Assembly: GCA_024137785.1 (NCBI GenBank)
Contig: JAHRHZ010000087.1
Coordinates: 17,984,258-18,048,257 of the forward strand
Length of the DNA stretch: 64,000 bases
Reading direction: 5' to 3'
DNA from: Ginglymostoma cirratum
Lineage: Eukaryota
The notes beneath the pieces were generated by a model. The model ran no database searches and was not told the DNA's origin. It worked only from the letters and a program-made list of their open reading frames with translations. The translations under genes were made by a program, and so were the position numbers. Below are positions 1 to 13,042 of the stretch, one piece after another. How positions within the stretch are numbered: position 1 is the first letter of the stretch; each line of letters begins with the position of its first letter.

Positions 1-84
1 AATTATGTTTAAACATCGCCTCTATCAAAATTTGATTTATATTTCACCTCAGAGAAAGACAAAACTGTCAAGACTGTTTATTGC

Positions 85-3010
85 TCTGGTTAATATGTGT
101 AAAATTGTGAATAGCACCACCAATCGCAATGATGTCACAGAGACAGTCACATAGGTAGTCTCAGAGGGACATAGACCAGTCAAGGGAGGAACAGGGAAGT
201 TCTTGCAAAATTTTTAATGTAATGAACATCTTACTATTAACTGTATCGGGCTCTTAAGATCTTTACAAGCTACACCAAAGAGATGAATGAATCCCTACAA
301 CCACAGATCACAGACAGGTACCAGTGATCACAATTTGGCAGCACTAGTGGTGACAGCTACTGGAAGCTGGAAGGAAAGGTCAAGGTCCAGAAAAAAGGTT
401 CCAAAACTGACTGTCAGAAGGATCGAACTTCATTCTGAAGGAAGTGATAATAACAAACTGAAGAATACTGGAACAGATCCATAGGGATAGTGCAGTCATA
501 GAGAAAATCTAGAGAAAATTAATCAAATAGCAGAATACTGTTGATGAGTGGTGGTCAGTGGCTTGTGGTATGTGTGAATGGTCCTGGGCGGTGGTCAGAG
601 CAGTGGTCTGTGTGAATAGTCTTGTTTCTGAATTTGAATCAGTGAGCTAAGCAGAGGCCAAGGATTGGGTAAGAAAACCTTTTGGCAGGCTTGGAAAATC
701 TTAGTAACTGGAGTAAAAATAATCAGGCTGCATGTCAACTTTCAAATAAAAACTCTGCAGCTCCAATTTGGAACTATGCTATTATGTGCAATGATCACAA
801 GGCAGAAAGCAACAGTAAAGTGGGAGCACAGGGAAAAATAATTAGCATCTTGGGATTTAGACAGATGAGTTTTAATCAGCTTTTAAGCTTTGAAGGAAAT
901 ATTTTTGATCTAGTAGAGAAGGTTTTTGAGAGAAGAGACAATTGTGGGAGTCACAGCAAGGCTCACTCTAAAGAAATGAGAAAATTTCCAATTATGGGAT
1001 GATAATTTAAAACAACAAAAAAGAATATCTTATAATCATAGAAAGGCATGGCATGCAAACTTACATTACCAAGAAGATTTAGCCACAGAGGTTGCGCATT
1101 CTGAAAAAGACTATTTCTAAGAAATAGAGTTGTTTCAAAATTAGACAGCAAGACTAATACAGAACAAATTAATTCACTTCTTTATTTCAAAGGCAGCAAA
1201 GCAGATGTTATAACTGGTCTACAGGAGATTAATGAAGCACAAATAAATTTGATAAAGCTTCAAAACTTTTTGATAGTTATTTTAATCAGAAATAATAAAA
1301 TTCTGCAGAGTAAAATTTAATCAAAGTGTCTAAAATCTTAATGAATCCAAATTATTTTATTAATGATCTCTACATATTAAATGAGAAATGTGAATATAAA
1401 AACTTGAGGATAGAATTGATCAGAAATCACACAGTTGTAGGTATTGATGATGAGTCCTTGTCAGATTTCATACAGACAAAAGAAGACTTCACTTTGAAGA
1501 AAACTATTCAATTGATAAGAGAAACAGAATTCTGGAGCAGAACAGAACAGAGGGGTGAAAAAGACTTGGAGATCTGCAGAATGTACTCATTTCTTTAAGA
1601 ACAAGACAGTGAAATAAATACAAGAAAAGAAGACTTATTTGAAAAGACAACCAGAAGAAGTCAAAAATTGTTCCAATGTTAGGCACCAAAAGACTTCCTG
1701 GGCATGAACAGTGTCCAGCAAGTAAAACAGAATTTTTTTCACTGTAAGAAAATAAGTCATTTTCAGAAGATGTATAAAGCAAAATATATAACACTGAAAA
1801 ATCATAAAGCTGGTTCTCACACACAGAATTATCAAAGAAGTTCAGCAATCTTTACTGGAAGATAAATGCGGAATCCTTCTTGGTGTAATCAGTTGTCCTG
1901 ATCAGACATTTTGGCATGCAGGCAATGGGCGTCTTACAAATTTCAACTTGGACACTTGAGAAAGTGTAACAAACTTGTCAGACAGAGAAGCTTGGCTAGT
2001 AAAACATTGCCAACAGTCAACAGAAATTCAGTTACAGTGTCCAGAAGAAATTGGATTGAACTACAAATATTTACTTCAAGCAACTCTCTAATATGGAGAA
2101 AATCAGATAATAAAGTATTTACATGTCTACATAATCAGGAATTTTCTCTCTACAGCACAATGACCTGAATCCCTTTCAGAAGGTCAAAGAAGTTAACTAC
2201 TATGCTGTTTTTAGGTTGGTTAATAGCAAAAACAGCTATGAATGTATGTGTCCAATATTACCTTGTCTGTTACTGATACAGGCTACAAGGAAAATGGAGC
2301 AAAGAGGAGGACATGTAAGGGCAAAGTGTGTTCATCTGATGTTTGACTCCATTGGTGATTATCCCTTGACATATTAAAATAAATGTAACTTCAGTACCTC
2401 TACCAAACTGTAGACAACAACAGATACATGTTCTGGAGCAACTGTTAATTTTCTTAAATTATGAGAAGATAATTTCATTGAAGAAATTGAGCTCAGTCCA
2501 CAGTGATCTGATAGCCAGCAAATCAGAATGCACTGAAACAAATTCTTCAGGAATAGGTGCTCGATGTGGAACATATCAAGATTTGCCAATATTGATTGGC
2601 CACACCAACAATCTAGTTGTATCATCTTAAATCTTACTTTGAACACAGAAAACTTTATTTTAATCTAGTCATTAGGATATTAATCTACAAGGTCAGACTA
2701 GCTATTCTGACTTCACACAGAGAAGCCATATTAGGTCAGAAAGGGTTAATGCCTGGAAATGTGTGATGATCTCCACCCGTGGTGCTGGTAACATACAGAC
2801 AGTCACATGAACAGTCTCACAGAATGTTAGAGACAGAGACGGTGATGGGAGAGACATGGATGTTCTTATATAACCTGTAAAAAGTGCAGTAATGCAAGAA
2901 ACACAACTGTTAATGTTACTTGAGGTTCAAGAACCTGACAAGGTAAAACAAAAAAGTGGATGTCCTCACCTGCCACAGACTACTACAGGCAGACAGGAGT
3001 AGTCATAGCA
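85..3010 (+). mobile_element. Highly decayed Ty3/Gypsy LTR retrotransposon (gag, Zn-knuckle and protease remnants; two diverged LTR-like segments)
   Basis: ORF 1326-1598 reads FINDLYILNEKCEY..LIRNHTVVGIDDESLSDFIQ..DFTLKKTIQLIRETE, typical of Gypsy gag. Bases ~1700-1780 give a frameshifted CCHC knuckle (EQCPASKTEF.HCKKISHFQKM). A degenerate xLDT protease-like stretch lies near 1940-1960. Segments ~130-330 and ~2790-3010 share motifs (gacagtcacat..agtctca; ccacag..acag/acagg). A PBS-like tggtgacagc is at ~348. Boundaries approximate. Confidence 0.55.
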
Positions 3011-3704
3011 AAGTCCACTCCCTATTGGTAGATGATACAGCTTATAGATGGCACAGATCTCCATCTTGATGGTAAATAGCTTGAATGAACAAATCACTTC
3101 TGAAAACTATATTACTGACTGATCCTTGAAATGATTATTTGGACATCACCAAGAAATGAACCCTTTACACTATTTCGCATACACACCGGAGTTTGAGAGA
3201 TGGAACATGTACTGATGACAGTAAACCAAACTAAAACCAAAGTGGGAATAAAAGGAGGTTATCAGTCTTGTATTCTGAACCCACTCTCAGCTAAAAACAT
3301 AGAATTTAGATTTAGTTAATGACCAACTGAATGTTAGTGAATTCATTTTATATTCCATTGTTTGCATCTGTGGGTTGTTCAATCACATCAGAAGAAACTT
3401 ATACCCCTGGGACGACATCATCCTCAAATCAATGGATAGCAACAAATGTAAAACTTTGTTTTTGATGGAAAAGCCGAATAGAGCACTTCCAATCCTCACT
3501 ACAGGGAAAATATAACCTAAACAAAACCAGATGTTTTGCCACGGTACATGTATTTATGGTATAATTAAAGGGAACCTGGAGAATTAGCAAATTCCCTGTT
3601 TGTCATTCAATGAAAATCAATAAATCTTTAAATTAATTCAATTTAATTCAAACATAACCTCTTAAGAATTAAATATAAAAGATTGTTAAACATTTCAAAA
3701 TGCA

Positions 3705-3865
3705 CTGGAGGAAAGGAAGATTGGGAAGAGAGAGGGGAACACATGGAAAGAAGAAAGAAAGGGAACAGTATGGGAGAAAGTAAGGAAGATAATGAGGGAT
3801 GAGAAGAGAGGGAGCAGGAAGAAAGTGAATTGAGCATAAAGGAAGGGGAGCAGGGAGAGAAAAAG
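3705..3865. repeat. Purine-rich (GA) low-complexity tract
   Basis: Almost entirely G/A on the + strand. Confidence 0.6.
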
Positions 3866-4274
3866 TTATCTACAGAACATATTTGTTCCAAGAATGCTTG
3901 AACTTGATTTTAGTCCTTTTCAGGCTTTGTAATAAGGCACTATTTAGCCTTAACCTTTCTATGAAAAACATGTGAGAAGGGAATATCTTTTAAAGCGATG
4001 AATTCTTAAAAAAGTTTTCTGTGAAGTTTGCCTGTAATGGGCTGGTTTCTTTGAGTTAACTTCACAAAAATCTTGGAAGTCTTTTTTTTAAATAGTGCAC
4101 AGCTACAGTAATGAAGGTGAAGTAATTTCAACATGTGGCTAGTGGACAAAAGTTCTAAGTACGTCAAGAAGCTAACTCCACCTCATTAACATGCAGGTTT
4201 TATTGAAGTGGGAAAAGTTTGGGGTAAGCAGCCAACTCCTAGGAGGTAGGTTGAAGTTAAAAACGGGAAGTCTC

Positions 4275-4511
4275 TACTCCCCTACCTACACTCACCTTTA
4301 CTGGCTCCATCCCCGCCTCTTCGACTTGTCTGCCTCCTCTCCACCTATCCTCTCCTCTATCCATCCTCTATCCGCCTCCCCCTCTCTCCCTATTTATTTC
4401 AGAACCCTCTTCCCCTCCTCCATTTCTGATGAAGGGTTTAGGCCCGAAACGTCAAGTTTTCCTGCTCCTATGATGCTGCTTGACCTGCTGTGTTCATCCA
4501 GCCCCATGCTT
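4275..4511 (+). mobile_element. PLE family A solo pseudo-LTR fragment
   Basis: Near-identical to 10275-10510. Possible 8-bp flanking repeat gaagtctc at 4267-4274 and 4512-4519. Confidence 0.85.
4422..4457 (+). ncRNA. Minimal type I hammerhead ribozyme motif (PLE-A)
   Basis: attt-CTGATGA-a-gggtttaggccc-GAAAC-GTC-aagt: core boxes, stem II, palindromic ACGT helix III and GUC triplet. Confidence 0.75.
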
Positions 4512-5589
4512 GAAGTCTCAGATTGAATCTGCCTCCCTGAGGTTTGGGAAACCTGGCATCTGCAGCAAAGGAGTGACAGCCTTGGGTAAAGACAGGTACC
4601 TTCAGTCCTCTGCATGAGAATCAACAGGAGCATGCCCTCTAAGAAACTCTCCCATAAGACACCCCCTTGATATATAAAATTTACCACCGCCCTTGACATC
4701 AGGACTCCTCCTGTGATCAGGGACTGGATTGCCACTGCCTCTTGGAATTGGACCCATTGGAGTCAGGGATCAAATTGCCCACTTGAAGGCAAATTTGTCA
4801 ATCAGGTAGACTTCCAGCAGGGAGATATTCAAAAAGTTACACACTGGGGATTTAAAACTCCACAGTGCTCACCAAAACCTCCAGGTTTCCCACATGCTAC
4901 CAGATCCCCTAGTCTCCAGCCTTGGTCCCAGTGCATTGGTAAACAAAGATCTTTGCAACGTGCTTTATTATTAATAGCTGCAAAAAATCAGGACAGAATT
5001 CTTGATGTGCTGCGTTGGTGATACACAGTGCAAACAGCTCCAGACAAACAGAAAACTCGGATTTTTGGGATCCTCTCAGATCTGTATGGACTTCAAGTTT
5101 GGAAACACAAACCTGTCTTCTTAATCTCTGACTTCTAAGGTGAAAGTTAGTCTTCATTAGCGTGATTTTCAAAGTGCCTTGAATTCCTTGTGCATTAAGT
5201 ATGCTTCAACAATAAAATTAGTTGCTGTCATTTCACTCCACAATGTAGATGGTTCTTTTTCTTTTGCAATCTAGAAATTTCTATAATGGATAGAAAATTG
5301 ACTTTTTTTTGCAATATCAAGTCAGTGCAGCAGAAATGTTTCTATAATTTACATCTCTTGCTGCTCATTGCTTTCTGTTTGCCAAATATTACTAAAATAA
5401 TCGGCAGGGATCTATACCAAGAGCTCACTAACAAAACTATGGAACTGGTATGCATAATAGGGTTATTTGAAATGTAGCACGTGGGCTTTCCTCTTGGAGT
5501 CCCTATTCCTGCCCAGTTAAGAGCCTAATTTGCCAAGGCCAGATCCGAGTCTTTGTTCATCTCCATTAAATATCGCCTTCTGTTTTGAG

Positions 5590-5708
5590 GGCTCTGGTGA
5601 TGCAGTGGCAATGTTCCTACCTCTGAGCCAGGAGACCTAGGCTAAAGTCCCAGCTGCTTTAGAAGTGTATCATAGCATCTCCAAACTGGTTGATTAGAAA
5701 ATATCTAC
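5590..5708 (+). mobile_element. Short tRNA-derived SINE-like repeat (~120 bp)
   Basis: A-box-like tggtgatgcagtgg with a degenerate B-box. Related copies on the minus strand at ~37130-37250 and ~58705-58815. Confidence 0.5.
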
Positions 5709-5796
5709 CACACTCTGTTTACACCCTCCAGAGGAAAGATCTACCCTACAGGGTTTATGATAAGAAAAGTAACATGTACACTTTCCTTCTGATTGT

Positions 5797-6246
5797 CATA
5801 GAGTCATATAGCATGAAAACAGACCTGTACCAACTCACCTAATTCACCCATACCGACCGGACATCCCAATCTACCCTGGTCCCATTTGGCAGCATTTGGC
5901 CCATATCCTTCAAAACCCTTCCTATTCATATACCCATCCAGTTACCTTTTAAATGCAGCTGTACTTGCCTCAACCACTTTCTCTGGCAGTTTATTGCAGA
6001 CACGCATCACACCCTGTGTGAAATTGTTACTCCTTAGGCCCTTTTTAAAACTTTCCCTTCTTGCCTTAGACCTGTGCCCTCTAGTTTTGGACTCCCTAAC
6101 CCTAGAAAAAGATCTTGGCTATTCACCCTATCTATGCCCCTCATGATTTTGTAAACCTCTATAATGTCACCTCTCAGCCTCCAGTGCTCCAGAGAAAAAT
6201 AGCCCTAGCATATTCAGCCTTGCCGTAAAACTCAAACCCTGCAATC
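5797..6246 (-). mobile_element. CR1 LINE 3' fragment
   Basis: Reverse complement matches the 3' end of ORF2 and the 3'UTR of the CR1 at 16880-17305. Confidence 0.85.
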
Positions 6247-8972
6247 TTTAATTATAGAATTATTCTATAATTAAATTCCATGGATTAGTTCATGGAGAGC
6301 CAGAACATGAAGAGGTAGATTTTCAAATTGTCAGCCAAGGATAAAACAGTTTTTTCTCTGATCAGATTTCAATGAAAATAAGGTATCCATCTTTTTCAGG
6401 CAGTTGATTTTCAGTGCTAGTTTTACACTTGGTCAGCAAGTTGAAAATGATCCTGGAGCCATTCACAACATGGACCGGATAAGTCACGCCTCTGGCAAAG
6501 AGTGAGTGTTACTCTAAACTCCAGCTCCCCAACCCCCACAACAGCTTCTCTCCTTTCTACCTGCACAAAATGACAAGTTATCGCGGATTCTCCAGCATCT
6601 GCAGTACCTTTTATCTCCCTCCAAGATAATCTGGTGCCCACTTTTACCATAGGGAATCTATCTCAGAGTATTTAAAATGATAAAAAAAATTGAATAGGTT
6701 AATCGATGAGTTAGCAAGAATCACATGGGATGATAATAGGGGTGGTGAACACTAATATTAATGTTGCTTGGCCACATTTATTGCCAATATATTATATAAA
6801 TTAACAATGAGCGAAGAGACAAAAACTAAATTCAATTTGGGCTCATCCATGGAAAATTGGACAAAGTACCTATACTGGATCACAGTAGGAATCAGTGAAT
6901 AAAACAGAGTAAGAAGAAACACAAACAAAGTTCTAATATTGCTATCATTTTTTGCCAGTTAAATGTTTAGCATAAATCATGGGTGTGCACTTATATTGCC
7001 TCCTGTGTCACTGCATAAATAGAAGTAATAAGGTATGACAAGTTTAACTCTGTTAGATTTCATTGGGCTTTGTACATTGCAAGGAAGGCCAAGTTGATCA
7101 TCACAGCAGCTGGATGCTATACTGCTCCTTAAGTCCTCAATATTAGATGAAATGTGAAAATAAATGTGAGCAACTTTGACCGAACAGATTTTTCTTGTTG
7201 TCGAGCATGAATGCTTGTTGACACTATTACAAGCCTTTGACTTATTGATTTCTTCAATAAAACATGATGTTTAGTAGCCCTAAATAATGTCCTGTGGGAC
7301 AGACTGCATTCTTAAGGGATCACTATTGCTCACAGTTTCTAACTGCAGAGTTTGATTAAATCCACCTTTCTTAATCAATGTTGGACAAGTTAACTGTTAG
7401 CTGGTAATTGCTGTGACTTTTCAGTTCAGTACAGAATGTATGGCTGGCACTTGCTTTTGAATTTTGTTTTGCTATTTTGTGATGAATTGTGCACTCTATG
7501 GAATCAATTTTCTTCAGATTTTACGGAAATCTGAAAAGGAGTGAATTCATCCTGCTCAGCATTTCTCATTCTCTGTTTGACAAGTTACTGTGGGCAATAT
7601 TTCCATTCAGTAATTCCAGCAAACTAAAAATAGGGCACAGTAGGATGTTAACCTTGAGTCACAAGAGCTGCAAGCTTATTTTCAGCTTGCCACGTTCACA
7701 ATCCCAGTGGCATTGTTATAGGGCAGGATGTGGGGGTGACGCGAGTGCATTAAGCAGGAAGGACAATTTTTCGTCTTCTGAAATTCCATAATGGATGTTT
7801 CAGCGTGATATTTAGCAAGGTGTGAAAAAAGCTTGCAATTGTTGATAGATATGTGACCTAAGGAATTTATTATTGCATCTGTTCATGTATCCAGTTAGTT
7901 TACATACATGAAATGACGTATAAAATACCGACAAAATGTAATCAGTCCTGGACAGCAGCACCATTAGCAACAAGCAAAAAGTGTTTTCCCCAGCAAATAA
8001 ACAATCAAAACAGAGATAATAGATTACAGGGGAACAGAATAAACAAAATATCACATTCCAAGCAGTTTATGAACTGCTAGTTTAATGAATTTCTTCAAGA
8101 AACTGTGCTAATATTTGTTTAAGAACGGATTTTAGAACTGTGGTGTAATAAGAATCGAGGGGGTTCCAAACATCACGTAGCACAAAGCAAAATTACACCC
8201 TGCAGTAATATACTGCCTTTATCCAAAACGCTTCAAAGAACTGAAACCAGGATATCTAGCCAATGAAAAAGATGCTTTAGGTTGGATGAGCAACAACATG
8301 GTTAAAGTGGGGGCTTTAAAGGACATTTCGAAAACAAGGAGAGGAAATTGGAGAGGCAGAGGGCTGGGGGGGGATTTTCAGAGCCTAAGATCCAATGGTG
8401 AAAGACGCAGCAATTGCTGGTGGATGAAGATGAAGTAGGGTTTGGATACAAAAGTAGCCAGAATAGATGGATCACTTTACAAGTATAAGGTTTAATGGCT
8501 GCCACAAACTGAAATGAATGGATCTATAACAGAGGTAGAGGTCACATGATTGCCACAAACTAGCTTGTATAGTAAGTACAAATGCATTTCTTCAAATATC
8601 CCACTTTCCATTAAAAAAATTGTATGTGCCATCATTTGCAATTACAAATTACCCCAGTTACCCAACATACATGATCAAAAAAGAAAAATTATCATTCGTG
8701 AGCATATCTATGATAATTCAAGTCTGTACCACTTACATTAGTTCCTGACCAATCCATTATCTCCAAAGTACCGAGGTCTTTTAATAACATGCATGTAAGT
8801 TCTTGGCTGTCAGTTTTTCTGCTATCTGCTCTTTCCTGCCATGACATTCCGTCCCTGGGGAGTTCGCTCTTGGTGAGAGATAAAAGGTACTGCAGATGCT
8901 GGAAAATCTGAGATAACAAGGCGTGGGGCCGGATGAACACAGCAGGCCAAGCAGCATCATAGGAGCAGGAAA

Positions 8973-9008
8973 GCTTGACGTTTCGGGCCTAGACCCTTCA
9001 TCAGAAAT
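8973..9008 (-). ncRNA. Minimal hammerhead ribozyme motif (PLE-A)
   Basis: Reverse complement attt-CTGATGA-a-gggtctaggccc-GAAAC-GTC-aagc. Confidence 0.75.
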
Positions 9009-9815
9009 GGGGGAGGGGAAGAGGGTTCTGAAATAAATAGGGAGAGAGGGGGAGGCGGATAGAGGATGGATAGAGGAGAGGGTAGGTGAAGAGGAGGCAG
9101 ACAAGTCGAAGAGGCGGGGATGGAGCCAGTAAAGGTGAGTGTAGGTGGGGGAGTAGGGAGGAGATAGGTCAGTCCAGGGAGGACGGACAGGTCAAGGGGG
9201 CTGGATGATGTTAGGAGATAGGAGATGGGGGTGGGGCTTGAGGTGAGAGCACCCGGCACTTTTCCCTGCAACCGCAGGAAGTGCTACACCTGCCCCCACA
9301 CCTCCTCCCTCACCCCAATCCCAGGCCCCAAGAAGACTTTCCACATCAGGCAGATGTTCACCTGCACATCTGCCAATGTGGTATACTGCATCCACTGTAC
9401 CCGTTGTGGCTTCCTCTACATCGGGGAAACCAAGCGGAGGCTTGGGGACCGCTTTGCAGAACACCTGCGCTCAGTTCACAACAAACAACTGCACCTCCCA
9501 GTCGCGAACCATTTCAACTCCTCCTCCCATTCCTCAGACGACATGTCCATCCTGGGCCTCCTGCAATGCCACATTGATGCCACCCGAAGGCTGCAGGAAC
9601 AGCAAATCATATTCAGCCTGGGAACCCTGCAGCCCAATGGTATCAATGTGGATTTCACAAGCTTCAAAATCTCCCCTCCCCCAACCGCATCCCAAAACCA
9701 GCCCAGCTCGTCCCCGCCTCCCTAACCTGTTCTTCCTCTCACCTATCCCCTCCTCCCACCTCAAGCCGCACCCCCATCTCCTATCTACTAACCTCATCCC
9801 GCCCCCTTGACCTGT

Positions 9816-10215
9816 NNNNNNNNNNNNNNNNNNNNNNNNNNNNNNNNNNNNNNNNNNNNNNNNNNNNNNNNNNNNNNNNNNNNNNNNNNNNNNNNNNNNN
9901 NNNNNNNNNNNNNNNNNNNNNNNNNNNNNNNNNNNNNNNNNNNNNNNNNNNNNNNNNNNNNNNNNNNNNNNNNNNNNNNNNNNNNNNNNNNNNNNNNNNN
10001 NNNNNNNNNNNNNNNNNNNNNNNNNNNNNNNNNNNNNNNNNNNNNNNNNNNNNNNNNNNNNNNNNNNNNNNNNNNNNNNNNNNNNNNNNNNNNNNNNNNN
10101 NNNNNNNNNNNNNNNNNNNNNNNNNNNNNNNNNNNNNNNNNNNNNNNNNNNNNNNNNNNNNNNNNNNNNNNNNNNNNNNNNNNNNNNNNNNNNNNNNNNN
10201 NNNNNNNNNNNNNNN
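9816..10215. other. Assembly gap (400 N)
   Basis: Run of N. Confidence 1.
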
Positions 10216-10421
10216 CTAACATCATCCCGCCCCCTTGACCTGTCCGTCCTCCCTGGACTGAACTATCTCCTCCCTACCCCCCCACCTACACTCACCTTTA
10301 CTGGCTCCATCCCCGCCTCTTCGACTTGTCTGCCTCCTCTCCACCTATCCTCTCCTCTATCCATCCTCTATCCGCCTCCCCCTCTCTCCCTATTTATTTC
10401 AGAACCCTCTTCCCCTCCCCC

Positions 10422-10457
10422 ATTTCTGATGAAGGGTCTAGGCCCGAAACGTCAAGT
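10422..10457 (+). ncRNA. Minimal hammerhead ribozyme motif (PLE-A)
   Basis: attt-CTGATGA-a-gggtctaggccc-GAAAC-GTC-aagt. Confidence 0.75.
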
Positions 10458-11929
10458 TTTCCTGCTCCTATGATGCTGCTTGGCCTGCTGTGTTCATCCG
10501 GCCCCACGCCTTGTTATCTCGCTCTTGGTGAGTACTTGATCAGGTCAAGATATTTGTCTTTCAGATGCAAATTCTCTGCTGGGCTAATGACTTTCAGAGC
10601 ATGTTGAGCTGTTGTTGCTAGCTGGTTTTAATTTATGTGCAACCTACCTTTTGTTCTGTTCTTCAATACCACTTCATTTCCATAGAAATGAGCTTGCAAA
10701 AAACACTAATCACAAACTGGGGGAAAAAAAAACTTTTCTTAATGGTCCAAATATCCAACAAATTAGCTATCTTTTCTTCTTATTCTGTTTTCTTATCTTG
10801 CCTTTTCTTCTGCTGCTCCGTGATGACTGTTCCTTCTGCTTTCACTTGCTTATCACTCGATGCCAGATACTCAAAGAGTATTTTCTGAGTCCTCTTTTCT
10901 CTTCCCTGACTCATTTTTCAGCACCTCCCGGGACTGTGGTGACGCTCGTTGACATTTTCCTTTATATGTTATCCCATGTAACACTGACCACAGATAGTCA
11001 AGTTGTTTTGAGTTACCTTGAGCTTATTTACAATACTAATTATTTCCAAGGTTACGAAGATAGGAAACTTATAGGGTCTGGGCAATATGGGCTATGGTGT
11101 GATACATGGCAAAATTTACCAACCCTTCACAACCATTTCCACTATTCACTGGCAGTATCATATTGCCACTGGTACAGATTTGCATGCAACTAACATTGAA
11201 AAGCTGAGGGAGGGACGTTTTTTGGAAGGGGCCAGGGACTCAGCTCAGAAACAGGGCTAGGCTGCATCTCAGATAATTGTACTTGGTCTCTTAGCTCTCA
11301 CTTACTTAGTGCTTACCTGCATGATCATATCATCTTTTCTCTGCTGTGCTTCACTGTGCCAATTAGTGCAGTCACAAACAGGCAGCGTACCTGTGGCCAA
11401 ACAGCTTAGGGAACGTATATCTTGTATATAGCAAGGTGGCAGTGGCAGAGTAGGCAGTGCCTGGGCTCTGAGCATGGGTCTCATTCAGTCTGTCCCTTTT
11501 TTACCTTCTTTTCCCTTCCTTTGTTTTTTTAAAAAATGTTTTTGGGCTTTTTCTTAGCTTAACTTATGGAGAGATCTCAGTCATGGAGGCCATGGTATTG
11601 GGGTCGGGACCATGACAGCTGCTGGGACTTTGGTGCTTGGCGATGAGGTGGGCTAGTGTGTTGGGCAGAACTCGAGCTGTGGGTGGTACTATGGCTGGTG
11701 GGCCCAGATGACCATCAGCAGTGAGGCAGCTGGCAAACCTTGGCAGGACTCTGGCAGTGGCAGCTGAGATGGCAGCGTGAGGGAGACATCAAGCCCATCG
11801 CAGGTGAGAGATTGAACCCTCATGGGGAGTGTGAGCCCTCATGCGGAAAGCCCAGCGTGGACCCTCTGCAGGCCCAAGGTTAAAGAAAGAAAGTTGTGCT
11901 GAACTTTTAACTTTTTTTTATTTTTCTAT

Positions 11930-12115
11930 TTTATACTAAAAAGAACTGTAATGTTGAATTTAGTTATTTTTCTACTTTGTACCAAAGATTTTGTATCTAG
12001 ATACCTTAGTACCTGAGATTGGGCTGGAAATGGCAACATTGTATACATTTCACCATACTCCTGTATCCCTGTACTTGAGTACACATGACAATGAAACCTA
12101 ATTCTAATTCTAATC
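11930..12115 (+). repeat. Interspersed retroposon 3' tail, unclassified, ending in (attcta)n
   Basis: ...tacttgagtacacatgacaatgaaacctaattctaattctaat; related copy in reverse at ~49810-49990. Confidence 0.55.
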
Positions 12116-12734
12116 TTGCTGTATGGCAGTGTGCTACTTCAAACACACATCTATTCCACGGTTCAGCAGTTTACCCGGCAAACACACCGCATGTGCAACA
12201 AGCCAGCAGCCTTAGTCTCAGGGAAGTGGTCCAACTGACATCCATGGAGACATCTGTCACTTTAGGGGTCCCAGCACAATAAGGCAAGTGCAGCCTCTCA
12301 CAGCAAGTTTGGCCATGGTTAGGCTCTGGATTGGGTGTTCTGTGACAGGGAGTCCAGGGCTCTGCAGGGAGTGTGTCATCAGTTGTGGCAAGTCTGGGGC
12401 ATAGGGCTAACACAGTCAGGCAGGTGGACAGACAACCAACCTCAACACCCACAACCAGAGCTACAGATCTACTCCAAAACCTTAGGGACCGGCACCAGTC
12501 AGGGGTCTAGGCATGTCTTCCCTGGGATTGTCTGATCATGTCGGTTGAGGGAGTGGGCCATGATTGGCTGGCTGGTTCCTCCAAAGAAACAATGGGAAAT
12601 GGTGGGAACCAGTGCAGCAGTTGTCCCAGGATTGAGCCTCGGAAGGTTAACCTTCAAGATTGGGAGCTGCAAACTTTGGGCAAGGGCACAACACAATTGT
12701 GAAGGGAGGCATCAGTATTTGCAAGAAGTGTGGA

Positions 12735-13042
12735 ATAAGGTCAGAAGATATTTGAGCATCATTAGGCCATTCAGCCCATTGTGTCTTCTCTGCCATTCGA
12801 TCATGCCTAATAACTTTCTCAACCCCATTCTCCTGCCTTCTTCCTGTAACCCTTGATCCCCTTACCAATTAAGAACCTTTCTATCTCTGTCTTTAATACA
12901 CTCAATGACTTGGCCTCCATAGCCTTCAGTGGCAATAAATTCCACAGATTAATCACTCTTTGGCTGAAGAAATTCCTCCTTGCCTCAGTTCTATAGGGTG
13001 GACACTTCACTCTTGAGGCTGTGCTTTTGGGTCCTCATCTCT
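12735..13042 (-). mobile_element. CR1 LINE 3' fragment
   Basis: ORF 12819-13010 RTEARRNFFSQRVINLWNLLP...KTEIERFL is the C-terminus of CR1 ORF2. Confidence 0.85.

Larger units (their letters stand above)
8878..10518 (+). mobile_element. PLE family A (Neptune-like): inverted pLTR + GIY-YIG endonuclease + pLTR, with 14-bp TSD
   Basis: ORF 9225-9725 has FPCNRRKCYTC (Cys linker) and VVYCIHCTRCGFLYIGETKRRLGDRFAEH...GINVD (GIY-YIG). 8878-9247 is an inverted copy of the 3' pLTR. TSD tcgctcttggtgag at 8864-8877 and 10519-10532. Contains the N gap. Confidence 0.92.

Noticed and set aside
9794-10238. Two 143-aa ORFs
   Set aside because: Artefacts of translating the N gap.
4381-10500. Exact 6000-bp offset between two PLE-A pLTR copies
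   Set aside because: Coincidental; the interval includes an estimated-size gap, and the copies differ by substitutions and flanks.
10612-11193. 193-aa hydrophobic ORF
   Set aside because: Composition reflects a pyrimidine-rich tract; no recognisable domain, and the opposite-strand frames are interrupted by stops.
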